Positions 27,522 through 40,604 of a stretch of DNA of 64,000 nucleotides are shown piece by piece (within the stretch, counting starts at the first letter, position 1; each line of letters opens with the position of its first letter). The translations under genes were made by a program, and so were the position numbers. Source of the DNA: Eledone cirrhosa (Eukaryota); NCBI GenBank assembly GCA_964016885.1, contig OZ024743.1, forward strand, positions 214,024,001-214,088,000, read 5' to 3'. The notes under the pieces are model-generated. The model saw only the letters and a program-made list of their open reading frames with translations. It did not search any database and was not told the origin of the DNA.

Positions 27522-28483
27522 CGTGTGTTTGTGTGTGTGTGTGTATTTATATATATATGCGTATGATTCTTGTGTGTATTTGTGGATACTCACATACACA
27601 TACACACAGTCATTTTGCCTAATGTTTGAAATAAAATTCTTACATAGTCATTATTGATTTGCAATATATGCGGTTATAAATTAATTAGATGCTTGCGATT
27701 TCCTCTTCGCATGTACATACACCACTTTATATACCTCGACGCACGAACATATTTGTGTCTGTGTAAATGTATGAATATGTTTATATGTGTATATATGCAT
27801 ATAAATGTTCAAAATATTGAGTAATTTAATAGATAACGCTATACTTTGATATTTGAAAACTTACCAGAGTCAAATATTACTTAGAACATTCCAATATAGA
27901 CGAAGCAGCGATAGTTGAATGACTCTTTACAGAAAAGCAGATAATATTTAAATAAATCTTTTAAGTTTAAATCTCGAAGTCTTTGAATGTTTAATATCGA
28001 TTCTACTTCAACAAAGCGATTATTTTCTCATAAACATGCAAAGCTTCATCATATTAGTTACATACACACATACATTCACACACATACACGCACACCACGC
28101 ACACACACATATATATATATGAAACTAACAAGTCAATTTGCTTAGAAAGCCGTGCAATGCAAGAAAGTTAGATTGCCAAGGTAATAATCAGAATGGAAGA
28201 GAGAGAGGGGGGGAATACATGAACGGAAGAACAACTTAAAGTTAACTTAGCAATTTAATATATATATATATTCCTTGCTATGGCTAAGTGATGAGTTTTG
28301 TTATTCTGGAGTTTCCTTCTCTGCATTCACAGAAGTAGCAGATGAGAATATTGTCTGAGAATACAGCGAGTTCACAGCTGAAACTGAAAATTAACAAGAG
28401 CCATAATAAAAACTCTACTTTGGTATTTATTACTTATTCGTCAATATCCCGCTTATATATATATGATATTATTTCTCTATATT

Positions 28484-28840
28484 GGTGGATTGGCAGTATT
28501 GGTAGAGTGTCGGACACCATGCTTTGCAGCATAGAGTAATGGCCCTTGCAATTCTGAGTTCAAATCCCGCCGAGGTTAACTTTGCCTTTCATCCTTACAG
28601 GGTCGATAAAAAAAGTACTAGTCACGCACAATTATTTCTCCATATATACATAATTGTTTCTACTTATGGCACAAGGCCATCAATTACCCAGTGCATTACT
28701 GGTACTTTATTTTATCGACCCCGTAGGGATGAAAGGCAAAAATATCCTCGGCGGGATTTGAACTCAGTCTGTAAAGGGCCGTAAATGTGCTGCAAAGCAT
28801 GGCGTCCGACCCTCTACCGATACTGCCAGTTCACCACCTA
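28484..28840. mobile_element. Tail-to-tail pair of Octopus-type tRNA-derived SINEs
   Basis: Plus copy 28484-28625 (tggcagtattggtagag..gagttcaaatcccgccgaggttaactttgcctttcatcc..gtcgataa); diverged minus copy about 28690-28840. Confidence 0.75.
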
Positions 28841-28899
28841 TTCTCTATATATACATAATGGCTCACAGTGACTGTGCCAATATGTATATAAATATGCAC

Positions 28900-28936
<37 letters not shown>

Positions 28937-29153
28937 GTTAAAAATGTACATCTACATATGCATACTGAAATACTAGTGTGTATATGAATACACACACGTA
29001 TACATATGTAGGTGTACCAAGTCTTTCGCTGGTCGCTTTACAGTGAGCGGCCCAGCTATTCTGTATGTAAACACACAGACAAACCGGTTTTTAGAGTCAT
29101 ACTGGTTTTTCGGGGGAACACCTTCCCCCTATTCTCCAGAAAGCCAGACAAGG

Positions 29154-29198
29154 AATATTGAACTAGTTTCGTTGTTGTTACAACTCATCAGCAATATT
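29154..29198 (-). ncRNA. Minimal type I hammerhead ribozyme
   Basis: Reverse complement of 29553-29597. Confidence 0.85.
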
Positions 29199-29552
29199 TA
29201 CCTATCTGCCGGCCTTTCTGGAGAATTGTAAAAGCACATATCGTTATATGCTTTTTCTATGAAAATTAGTAGTGGGCAGACTAATTTGCATAGAGTGTGA
29301 GTACGCACCGGTTCAGCGGAAACGATAAAAACAAATAACGAAACGAAATTAAATTTCGTTTCGTTTGTAACTCACTTTTGTATGACTGACGCTTAAACAA
29401 TTAAGTTAAAAATGTACATCTACATATGCATACTGAAATACTAGTGTGTATATGAATACACACACGTATACATATGTAGGTGTACCAAGTCTTTCGCTGG
29501 TCGCTTTTGATATGTGCTTTTACAATTCTCCAGAAAGGCCGGTAGATAGGTA

Positions 29553-29597
29553 AATATTGCTGATGAGTTGTAACAACAACGAAACTAGTTCAATATT
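29553..29597 (+). ncRNA. Minimal type I hammerhead ribozyme
   Basis: AATATTG-CTGATGA-GTTGT-aaca-ACAAC-GAAA-CTAG-TT-CAATATT: 7 bp stem I, 5 bp stem II, palindromic ACTAGT stem III, GTT site. Confidence 0.87.
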
Positions 29598-30021
29598 CCT
29601 TGTCTGGCTTTTTTGGAGAATAGGGGGAAGGTGTTCCCCCGAAAAACCAGTATGACTCTAAAAACCGGTTTGTCTGTGTGTTTACATACAGAATAGCTGG
29701 GCCGCTCACTGTAAAGCGACCAGCGAAAGACTTGGTACACCTACATATGTATACGTGTGTGTATTCATATACACACTAGTATTTCAGTATGCATATGTAG
29801 ATGTACATTTTTAACTTAATTGTTTAAGCGTCAGTCATACAAAAGTGAGTTACAAACGAAACGAAATTTAATTTCGTTTCGTTATTTGTTTTTATCGTCT
29901 CCGCTGAACCGGTGCGTACTCACACTCTATGCAAATTAGTCTGCCCACTACTAATTTTCATAGAAAAAGCATATAACGATATGTGCTTTTACAATTCTCC
30001 AGAAAGGCCGGTAGATAGGTA

Positions 30022-30066
30022 AATATTGCTGATGAGTTGTAACAACAACGAAACTAGTTCAATATT
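30022..30066 (+). ncRNA. Minimal type I hammerhead ribozyme
   Basis: Identical to 29553-29597, 469 nt downstream. Confidence 0.87.
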
Positions 30067-30357
30067 CCTTGTCTGGCTTTCTGGAGAATAGGGGGAAGGT
30101 GTTCCCCCGAAAAACCAGTATGACTCTAAAAACCGGTTTGTCTGTGTGTTTACATACAGAATAGCTGGGCCGCTCACTGTAAAGCGACCAGCGAAAGACT
30201 TGGTACACCTACATATGTATACGTGTGTGTATTCATATACACACTAGTATTTCAGTATGCATATGTAGATGTACATTTTTAACTTAATTGTTTAAGCGTC
30301 AGTCATACAAAAGTGAGTTACAAACGAAACGAAATTTAATTTCGTTTCGTTATTTGT

Positions 30358-30395
<38 letters not shown>

Positions 30396-30784
30396 TTACC
30401 CATCCGAGAAAGATGTGTTTCCCTGTGAGTTGAAAATATTATAGAGACCTTTAATCGATTTTTGTACATAGTTGGGTGTGTACATCATTAAAGCAACCAC
30501 GGATAAACAGCTATTTGATGGGATCTATGCCTATTTCTTCATAGTATTATTCTAAAATGGGTGTTATAATTTGCTATAATTATTGATCATTTTATTAGTT
30601 AATTAAAATGTATATTACCAAATGTAGTATTCGAAAAGAAAGCTCTTGAAAGAATAAATATATAAATAAACAAACAAATATTTTGATTCATATGCATATA
30701 TATATGTATGCATGTATATATATATATATGTATATGTATATATATAGCTCTCTGTGTAGTTTACCGCTAACCAAAGAATATAGA

Positions 30785-31545
30785 GCTGAGGCCCAAAACT
30801 ACAGGCCAGTCTCCCTGACGTCAAATTTCAGTAAAGTCTTGGGCCAAATCACCAGAAAGTAGCCGATCACGTTCCTCGAGGAAAATGACCGCCTAACTAG
30901 CACCCAGCATGGATTTCGTCCAGGAAAAAGCTACCTTACACAGCTGTTGCAACACTATGACGGGGTACTGAAACAACTCCTGGACAGCTCACATGGCGTG
31001 ATATATCTTGGCTTTGTGAAGGCCTTTGACAAAGTCGACTACGGAATGATATGTCACAAAATACACAGACACGGCATAATTGGAAAAGTAGGTGAGTGGC
31101 TGCATGATTTTTAAAAGACATAAGATCTTCAGTTATATATTATTCTATCAAGAGCTTTCTTTGCAGCCAATGTGGCCCTCTCAAAGGAAACATCAATAAC
31201 AAGTGGAAGCACTACTGTGTTTGATAGCTCTCTCAGACAGGACTTTTGTAGGACATCCAACATCCTTCACTAGCTATGCTGATGACACAACGGTATCACA
31301 GGCAATAAAACACCCGGCTGATGCTGCCCTTTTACAACAACATCTGGATGTCATATACAAATGAGTTGAGGACAACAATATACAGGTTAATGCTGGAAAA
31401 CTTCAAGCCCTACAATACCAATCTGCTAAAATAAGAACAGTACAACACAGCTACACTGGACGAAGAGGAATTGACATCCCCGTGTCAAGATCGATACGTG
31501 ACCAGGGGATTGACATTAGCGACCAAGCTTCTTTTTCTTCACATA
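30785..31545 (+). pseudogene. CR1-clade LINE RT fragment
   Basis: Homologous to about 46200-46970 (NYRPVSLT, QHGFRPG, AFDKVD, SYADDT). Confidence 0.85.
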
Positions 31546-31773
31546 TATATACGGTATATATATATTTGAAAAGATGTGAGATCCTTAGTACAGTTAGGTA
31601 TATTTGAAAAAAAGGAAAAGAAGGACTTCACTTGTAGTGTTGAAAAATTTATGATTTAATGTCATAAAATTATAATATTATAACATTAAATCATACATTT
31701 TTTAGCACTACAAATGAAGTCCTTCTTTTCCTTTTTTCAAATACACACACACACAAACACACACACACACACA

Positions 31774-31836
<63 letters not shown>

Positions 31837-31859
31837 TAAAAAAATATATATATATAAAG

Positions 31860-31938
<79 letters not shown>

Positions 31939-31939
<1 letters not shown>

Positions 31940-32554
31940 TTTGCAACGGGTCACTTTGTGGCTCAATGAAGAGTTAATAAATTAAATAATCAGAGCTATA
32001 TATCATAAAACATGTCTATAAAATCACCAGATAAAATATATACCGTTTCCTCTCCCAATTAGCATAATTAACCATATAAAAAATCGATTAGACCAAGCGA
32101 TGAGAATAAAGGCTTCTATGAAGAAATCTCCGACAAATAACCGAAAGCAGCCCTTCGCGGCGGTTGCGACGGAGTATTTATCGAATATTTCGACAGCGTG
32201 TATAAATCGACCAGATATACAGTCAACTAAACAGAATTAGGTGTAAAATAAACTAGGAGAAAAGTGAACATATTTAGTTACCTCTACCATGGTTTCGTGC
32301 GCAATTTAAGATATCCGATAACATTGGACATCTGGAGCACCGGACTCTTGAGGAGTTATCAAATTTAGACAATTAATTTTCCAAAGTGATCGCGCCAAGA
32401 ATACATTCAAAAATGGCTAAGAATCGTGACGTAGCAGCGGTCAAGTTAGAAAGAATGTGATTAGTTGCTTGCGGCTGGTGGGCTTTTGCTAGAAAGCGCA
32501 GCCAAATACAGCCAAAATTGTATCTCAACCTAACGGGAGATTATTACATATAAA

Positions 32555-32631
<77 letters not shown>

Positions 32632-32985
32632 TTTGCAACGGCTCAATGAAGAGTTAATAAATTAAATAATCAGAGCTATATATCAGAAAACATGTCTATA
32701 GAATCACCAGATAAAATATATACCGTTTCCTCTCCCAATTAGCATAATTAACCATATAAAAAATCGATTAGACCAAGCTATAAGAATAAAGGCGTCTATG
32801 AAGAAATCTCGGACAAATAACCGAAAGCAGCCCTTCGCGGCGGTTGCGACGGAGTATTTATCGAGTATTTCGACAGCCTTTATTTTTATAGCTTGGTCTA
32901 ATCGATTTTTTATATGGTTAATTATGCTAATTGGGAGAGGAAACGGTATATATTTTATCTGGTGATTCTATAGACATGTTTTATG
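31939..32985. repeat. Direct duplication (period about 690 bp) ending in an inverted copy of about 110 bp
   Basis: About 31939-32197 repeats at about 32631-32877; about 32875-32985 is the reverse complement of about 32685-32793. Confidence 0.8.
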
Positions 32986-33999
32986 ATATATATATATATA
33001 TACATATATATATACATATATATATATACACGCACATGTATGAATATATGATGGCTACAACTCGATTTCGAGCATTTCCATCGCTTGATACTTACTTAAG
33101 CATGAGCATCACGGACGTGGCCTTTTAGTCCTACTAGGGACAACACCCTGCAATACCGTACATCGAACGAAATGTCACATATCGAGCGATGCCTGTGCTT
33201 GAAGCTATTTTTTAGTGAGGTAAGTATTTGCACGGACAAATCCCACTCACTGAACGTCAAATGCATATGTGGAAACCGAAGAACTGGTCTACATCATTGG
33301 ATGCAAATGAAGTTGCAGTTTTTATATCAGAATGACCTTCTCCTAGAGAGATGTTTTAATGGAGACTAGGAGTCTCGCGCTATACAAAAAAGTATATATT
33401 CTTTATTGGATGACTTTTGGGTTCATGCGCCGTTTGGTACATACATACCCAGGTACACATATATATATAGGAATAATTTAAATCAATACACAATCAATAA
33501 TATCGATCTTATTTTCTAGCAATTGCTCGATGACACAACAGTTGTGAAATGTATGGGTCGGAGCGTACACATAATATATTTATGTATCTCTCTCTCTCAT
33601 TCTCTTTCTATCCCTATCTCCATAATATATCTGTATTTTTAACCGTTGCTCAATCAATGTTAAACGTTGATTACCAAATAAATTGACTATGGAGATATAA
33701 AAGATACAGAAGCGAAAACCAACCAAGCAGTGAGTGTGTTCTGTCATTATTTCTGGCAACATTATTACAACTATATGAGCCTCCCCAATATATATATATA
33801 TTTATATATATATATATATATAGTAAGGTGCATTATTGGTTGTGTAAAATGGTCCAATAACTTTATGCTAGCAATATTAAGTTCTCCACGCTTTTGTATA
33901 TCTCCAATTCCATTCGAGGGAACAGCTAGCTGATGTAAAACGGAGTATAAGTATCAAAATGAAAATCCGAAGGCAAAGTAAAATTCCAATCATTTAATT

Positions 34000-34069
34000 A
34001 CGACACATGTTTCAATAAGAGATAGATCGATTATGAATCCATTATCGATTATCACGGATCTCATCAGGT
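34000..34069 (-). ncRNA. Hammerhead motif (family H)
   Basis: Mirror image of 36339-36408. Confidence 0.6.
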
Positions 34070-35429
34070 GAAAATGAATTGTCTTCAAATTCTTGATATG
34101 AGGGAGAAAAAATAACGATGTTCTCTCACAGAATTCCTTCCCTCATATGGAGACACACCAGTCAGAGACACTGCGGCTGCTATTAGCCTCAGTTGATGTC
34201 ATAAAAGTTTTCAGATTTCTATCGCTGCAAAAGACGATGGACATCAATCAAATCTGTAGGGATACAGTCAGTCACAGTTAAAAGTGAATGGGTACACACA
34301 CACTCCACACCCACATACATCGGCTCGAGATAAAAGAAAAAATATATACATATATATACACACATCAACACAGTATTAAACCCGTAGAATTAGCGTGGGT
34401 GGGTACACACACTTTCTCACAGACCGAAGCGATGTCCGAGAAAAAAAACAAATATAATAAAACAAATATAAGAATGTACCAACACAGCATTCACCGAAAG
34501 TTAGTTCACAAAGCAACATAAGCTATGTCGGTCAAATCTCAATTTGACGATGTAAACAGGAAATATTGGGTTGACCAACGCTCCACACATACACACACAC
34601 ACACGCGTGTGCGCACGCGCAAGTAAGTTAAGTTCAGTGTTCTGCTATACGTGTATAGATCGAATTGTAACATCCATATCTTCAAGTGTATTTTATGGTA
34701 TATACACATCCGAATCGTCCAAAAAAGGGTATGTCCGGGTATATACACATCCATGTGAAGAGCAAGCAATCAGCTCATGTCGAACTCCTTGTGTACTGCT
34801 GTCCCATTGAGAATCCGTGTCACCAAATCCGTGCGTGCAAGCAACTGCAATGTAGGCCGGCAAAGGGCTCCGTGTAGGGTTGGGTATTGGGTAAATGCGT
34901 CCTCAAATGCGATTTACCGTCATATGGGCCAATGAGCTTTTAAGATAGTTGTTTGAGTGGTGGAGGTGTGTTATCCAACACAGAAGGTGAGGTAAGAACA
35001 CACAAGACAGTAAAATCCAAAGGATGTGTGTAGGCCCATTAATAGTGTGTCAGTATTATTGTTCAATCCGTAACAGTGAGTCCTCCATGTTTAGGTGATC
35101 ACGCATCAGAATCTGGTGTAGTGTTCAGTCGGTAGGAATGTGACAGTCGTAATTGTGGGAGCTCAATGTCTAAAGGAAATGGGTACTGTGTGTAGAGTTA
35201 TGTATAGAGAGCGTAATCGGTCTTAACTAAGTGTGTAATCAATCTAACTATTTACTAGATAGGTATTCTAAAAGAGAGCACTCAGCTGTGAGAACTCCGT
35301 GGAAACAGGCCAAGTATCGTTTGCAAGTGCGCAAACAATCTTCGCCGTCTAACTACCTAAGTGTGTGACTGTCCGTTTATTGAGAGAACTCTATGGCTAA
35401 AGTAGAGAGGGAAGAGTTATTGGTAGGTT

Positions 35430-35837
35430 ACCTTCCAAAAATCCTGCGGAAGGTTTTCGAGGTTCTATGTTGACAGTTGCTGAAAATATCTGCTCTCCTA
35501 TTAATTAATAGGGGGCCGCCTCTAATAATATTAAAAGTTTCAGCTATACATAAATTGCAGACGCCAGTGCTGCCGTTATAAGGTTGGGCTGAGCAAACTA
35601 TGGACCAGGATAAGGAGTGCTCTATATTCTGATGTTTAAGCTTCCAGACTAAATCCGAAAGTGCCGTGCTATTTTTTTAATCTAATCTATTAAAGGTATG
35701 GCGGTGATTATACCATCTATCCTTAATTCCGTGGCAGTTGCCCCAACATACCTAAAGGTTCTATCAGGAGTGGAGACCTTACAGTCGTAGACTATGTTTT
35801 TAGTAAGGCATTTCCCAGCCATGGGGCAGGTGGCCTG
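35430..35837 (-). pseudogene. GIY-YIG endonuclease remnant absent from the ORF track
   Basis: Manual translation gives QATCPMAGKCLTKNIVYDCKV..RYVGATATE, a frameshift, then KDRWYNHRHTF..STALSDLVWKLK..CNLCIAE..CQH. Confidence 0.85.
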
Positions 35838-36338
35838 TGTGTGTATGTGTGGGGCGGTGGTTAACCCAATATTTCCAATTTACATCGTCAACTTGAGATT
35901 TGACCGACATAACTTCTGTTGCTTTGTGAACTAACTTTCGGTGAGTGCTGTGTTGGTACATGCTTATATTTGTTTTATTATATTTGTTTTTTTCTCGGAC
36001 ATCGCTTCGGTGTTTGTCTACGGGTTTAATACTGTGTTGATGCGTGTATATATATATGTATATATTTTTCTTTTATCTCGAGCCGATGTATGTCGCTGTG
36101 GAGTGTGTGTGTACCCACTCACTTTTAACTGTGACTGACTGTATCCCTACAGATTGGATTGATGTCCATCGTCTTTTGCAGCGATAGAAATCTGAAAGCT
36201 TTTATGACCTCAACTGAGTCTAATAGCAGTCGCCGTGTCTCTAACTGGTGTGTCTTCATATGAGGGAAGGAATTCTGTGAGAGAACATCGTTATTTTTTT
36301 TCTCCCTCATATCAAGAATTTGAAGACAATTCATTTTC

Positions 36339-36408
36339 ACCTGATGAGATCAGTGATAATCGATCATGGCTTCACAATCGATCTATCTCTTATTGAAACA
36401 TGTGTCGT
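36339..36408 (+). ncRNA. Hammerhead motif (family H)
   Basis: CTGATGA..long stem II..GAAA-CATGTG-TC; stem I weak. Confidence 0.6.
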
Positions 36409-36450
36409 AATTAAGTAATTGGAATTTTACCTTGCCTTCGGATTTTCATT

Positions 36451-36487
<37 letters not shown>

Positions 36488-36489
36488 GT

Positions 36490-36810
36490 ACACGTACATA
36501 CATATATGTATACAGACGTACAGTAGTATATATATATATATACATACATGCACCGTATGGATTTACCGAACATTTATTATAATGCTCGGTGTGTTTGTAC
36601 AGCGTTCCTTTGTCAGTGTTAAACAAACGAGCAACGATGGTTGCTAGACTCTACGGCTTAATACGGGATGTTTGTTTACAAACACACCGAGCATTATAAT
36701 AAATGTTCGGTGAATCCATACGTACATATATATATGTGTGCATGTATGTATATATATATACATACTACTGTCCGCCAGTATATCTATATGTATGTACGTG
36801 TACATACTTA
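36490..36810. repeat. Small foldback element in TA-rich context
   Basis: cgtatggatttaccgaacatttattataatgctcggtgtgtttgta pairs with tacaaacacaccgagcattataataaatgttcggtgaatccatacg. Confidence 0.75.
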
Positions 36811-36866
36811 TATTTAATTAACAGCCGTACTAAGAGTGGGAATTAAAATTTCCTTTCATTTTTTCC

Positions 36867-37021
<155 letters not shown>

Positions 37022-37128
37022 ACGCTATTTGAGAACAGATTTATGGTTAAAAGAAAACGCTTATATAATAACAGAAAAAAAACTGTATTCTTATACATAT
37101 AACATGAACATAAAACTAAATTAGCAAT

Positions 37129-38205
37129 TTAATAATGTAATTCAATGAAACTACCATAAGCATCAATAACTGCCTCTAAACGGGGTCGAAATCGTTTCCA
37201 AGCTCGGATTAAGCGGTCTTTGTTCATATCGGACATGCTTCGAATTATGGCGGCTTTCAAAGAATCTTTGGTGCTATGGGGCATTTTCCACAACATTGCT
37301 CCATACATAATAGTCCAGTGGATTGAGATCTGGAGAATTAGGAGGCCAAATGTTGGGGGTGATGTGATCATACAAATTGTCAGCCATCCATTCTTGTGTA
37401 ATTTGAGCCTTGTGTGATGGTGCAGAATGTTGTTGAAAGACATAAGGCCTTCCATTGCATACATTGTTGATCCAAGCCTTAACAACTTTATCCAGATCCT
37501 CAATATATGTGGAAGCATTCACCCTATGGTCTTGTGGAAAAAGGTGAGGAAGCATCACATGTCCATCATTGCTAACACGACCCAAAACCATGGCACTTGC
37601 AGGAAATTGTGTGTGCATTACTCTTGAAACCTCAGAAGGGTCTGCACATAGCCACCTGCCATTTCTTTTGTTAGTTTTCTGGTCCTGGTCAAAGTTTTTC
37701 TCATCTGAGAAAAACCAAATCACACCATCTGATGGATTTTTAAGTTTGTTTAAACGTCTTTGGGATCTAATTGAACGCTTTTTTTTTGTTTTTCTGACAT
37801 GAATTGACCTCTTCTCATCACATAAGATTTGTATCTGATGTCTTCATGTACAACATTTCTGATTGTTTTTCTGACACACCAACATTTTTTTCAATTGACC
37901 TCATTGATTTTGATGGATTATCATCAATGTTTTGCTTAACTTCCTGAATAAATTCAGGTGTCCTGATAGAATAAGAGCGTTTGGAATGTTTTTTACGTTT
38001 TTATACAGGTAATACGCTTCCATATTCTTTCTCTAACTCACACCAAATCTTGTGGACAAAAGATCTTACAACTTTCAGAAAACGAGAAATTTCTAAATCC
38101 CCATTCGGAGCCTTCAAAGGCACAGTCACAGCATTCCTTATCATTTCATTAGTAAGCTTAGTTATGTTCATTGTTATTTTCTGGAATGGAAATTTAATAA
38201 AATAG
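37129..38205 (-). pseudogene. Tc1/mariner-superfamily transposase, DD37D (maT) type, frameshifted
   Basis: FFSDEKNF, FQQHSAPSH (catalytic D mutated to H) and WPPNSPDLNPLDY; 37 residues between the second and third catalytic positions. Confidence 0.88.
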
Positions 38206-38214
38206 TCGAATAAA

Positions 38215-38335
38215 ATAATTGTTTCTACTTTTGGCACAAGGCCAGCAATTATCTCAGTACATTACTGGTACTTTATTTTATCGACCCCGTAAGGATGAAG
38301 GGCAAAGTTAACCTCGGCGGGAATTGAACTCAGAA
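38215..38335 (-). mobile_element. Octopus-type SINE fragment
   Basis: actggtactttattttatcgaccccgtaaggatgaagggcaaagttaacctcggcgggaattgaactcaga. Confidence 0.75.
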
Positions 38336-38478
38336 TGAAGAAAAAAAAGTGTGTTATACATATATACAAATACATATATACATATGTATATATATATATA
38401 TACATATATATATACATATATATATATATATGTATATATATATACATATATATATATGTATATATATATATATTTATT

Positions 38479-38509
<31 letters not shown>

Positions 38510-38518
38510 GTACATATA

Positions 38519-38567
<49 letters not shown>

Positions 38568-39005
38568 GTATATATATATGTATAAGTATGTACACGTGTG
38601 TGTGTGTGTGTGTGTGTATGGTTATATGTATATATATTATTTGTCTATTATAAGATGTATACTTTCACAAACACACAACCTCAAGTTATTCCAATATGTT
38701 TGCATGTAAATAATCCATTGGCGCAAACTAAATGGATATTAGATTCGGAGATTCTGAGCTTTGAACTTTGAACATTTCATATTCATAATGTATGTTTCAT
38801 ACAGAACACGAACACTTTATTCAATTATCACTGTTTCCCACATATTTAAATCGTCTCAATACTATTTAGTTCTCGTAGATTTTCAAATATCAAAGTATAG
38901 CATTAGACATCAAATTACACAAGTGTTCCAATATATTGTTGCCATCTGAATACATAAACACATATAAAACTATATTTAAATACATATATATACTACACAC
39001 ACACA

Positions 39006-39039
<34 letters not shown>

Positions 39040-39040
<1 letters not shown>

Positions 39041-39252
39041 ACGATCGACTTTCGTCAAATCGGACCGAGGGAACAATGTTTCCGTTGGTCTTTCCAATTG
39101 CTAATACTATCTATCGGTCGCAACTCCAAGTAGAAGGAACACCGTGAAATAAAGTGTCTTGCTCAAGGACATAACGCATCGCCTGGTCCAGGAATCGAAC
39201 TCACAACCTTACGATTGCGAATCCGATTCTCTAACCACTCAGCCACACGCCT
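39040..39252 (-). mobile_element. tRNA-derived CORE-like SINE
   Basis: Reverse complement has ggcgtgtggctgagtggttagag (A box), gagttcgattcc (B box), then gtccttgagcaagacactt (CORE-like). Confidence 0.8.
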
Positions 39253-39256
39253 TCAC

Positions 39257-39553
<297 letters not shown>

Positions 39554-39664
39554 TATATAGATCTTGTTACCCGTAATAATTAACTAACTAATTCACCAAT
39601 CACTCCTCTCCTATCTTCTCTCCTATCTCGATCTCTCTCTTTAAGATGGGTTACTCTTGAACTG

Positions 39665-39695
<31 letters not shown>

Positions 39696-39831
39696 AGTGT
39701 AATTTTTTACACAAAACGAAGGTTATAGAGAAAATTGAGGTTGGTAATGGCACATGGAATATATGAGACAGAATACTTTTTTGTGAAAAAACATATAATT
39801 TTATAAGGTCAGGAAATAATAAAGGGTATAA

Positions 39832-39879
39832 AAAATGACCGGTTTCAATGGGTCTGCAAAAGCCATCTTTTCAAATGTT
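39832..39879 (-). ncRNA. Minimal hammerhead motif, U3-A8 variant (Neptune pLTR)
   Basis: Mirror image of 44199-44246 with one stem II substitution. Confidence 0.65.
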
Positions 39880-40604
39880 GATTAATATTAAGAAAAATTA
39901 ATAATACGAAGAGTTAAAATTTGAGATTTGAAAATTCAAGTATAAAATTCATTGTGGGATTTCATAGTAGTTTTCATCTAGGTAGCAACAAGTTGACTGC
40001 TGTGTCCCTTTCTGGTAGTGAATGAGAAGTTATTTGGGGTGTGGGTTATTTTATAAAGGTCAGATTTAGCATTTGAACATAACAAGAACTACAACAGACA
40101 CATTTACACCACCAAACCCAACACACACTAACCACAGGCACATCCCCCACCAACACAAACCAAATACGGCCAACTACACCAAAAGAAACACACCCAACCA
40201 CCACAACACTGGTTTCCGTAGAAATGCCCCCTACATAAACCAACGACGAAATAACATAGATCCAACTCACAACACACACACCACATTCCCCAGAAGAAAT
40301 CCACCCAGACCACTTGAAATCACAACAGAACTTACCCACAACCACACCAGACATCACCCTCAATCCAACAAAAGACAACCCCCAACCTCAACACTCTGTA
40401 CCACAGAAATAACGCACCCAGACCACATGAACCAACAACAGAACCCTTGCTCATCAACAACCACAACACATACCACCCCCGCCATCACATTCACCCTCAT
40501 GAAACAACAAGCTACAGACCCACACGCAACAGACCAACAAAATATAATCACACACAAAACTACATTCCTTTTTTAGGGAAAAGCCTGAAATACCAGGATA
40601 CTCG

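Larger units (their letters stand above)
28931..30362. mobile_element. ORF-less 468-469 bp tandem repeat with one HHR per unit (retrozyme-like), about 1.2 units inverted against about 1.8 units
   Basis: Unit restarts at 28931/29399; orientation flips near 29507; restarts at 29509/29978. Near-identical copies; (TA)n on both sides. Confidence 0.88.
33822..36452. mobile_element. Family H PLE foldback (about 620-650 bp diverged arms) enclosing the 3' UTR and a GIY-YIG remnant
   Basis: About 33958-34600 is mirrored at about 35836-36450; left-only tail 33822-33955; (TA)n flanks. Confidence 0.88.

Noticed and set aside
28931-30362. CRISPR array or centromeric satellite
   Set aside because: No unique spacers, eukaryotic context, and only about 3 units with an inversion.
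33170-33440. Possible mariner remnant or host exon (gaggtaag donor-like site)
   Set aside because: No diagnostic motif and no consistent exon structure.
39170-39252. Functional tRNA gene
   Set aside because: No acceptor stem closure, and it continues into a CORE-like SINE body.
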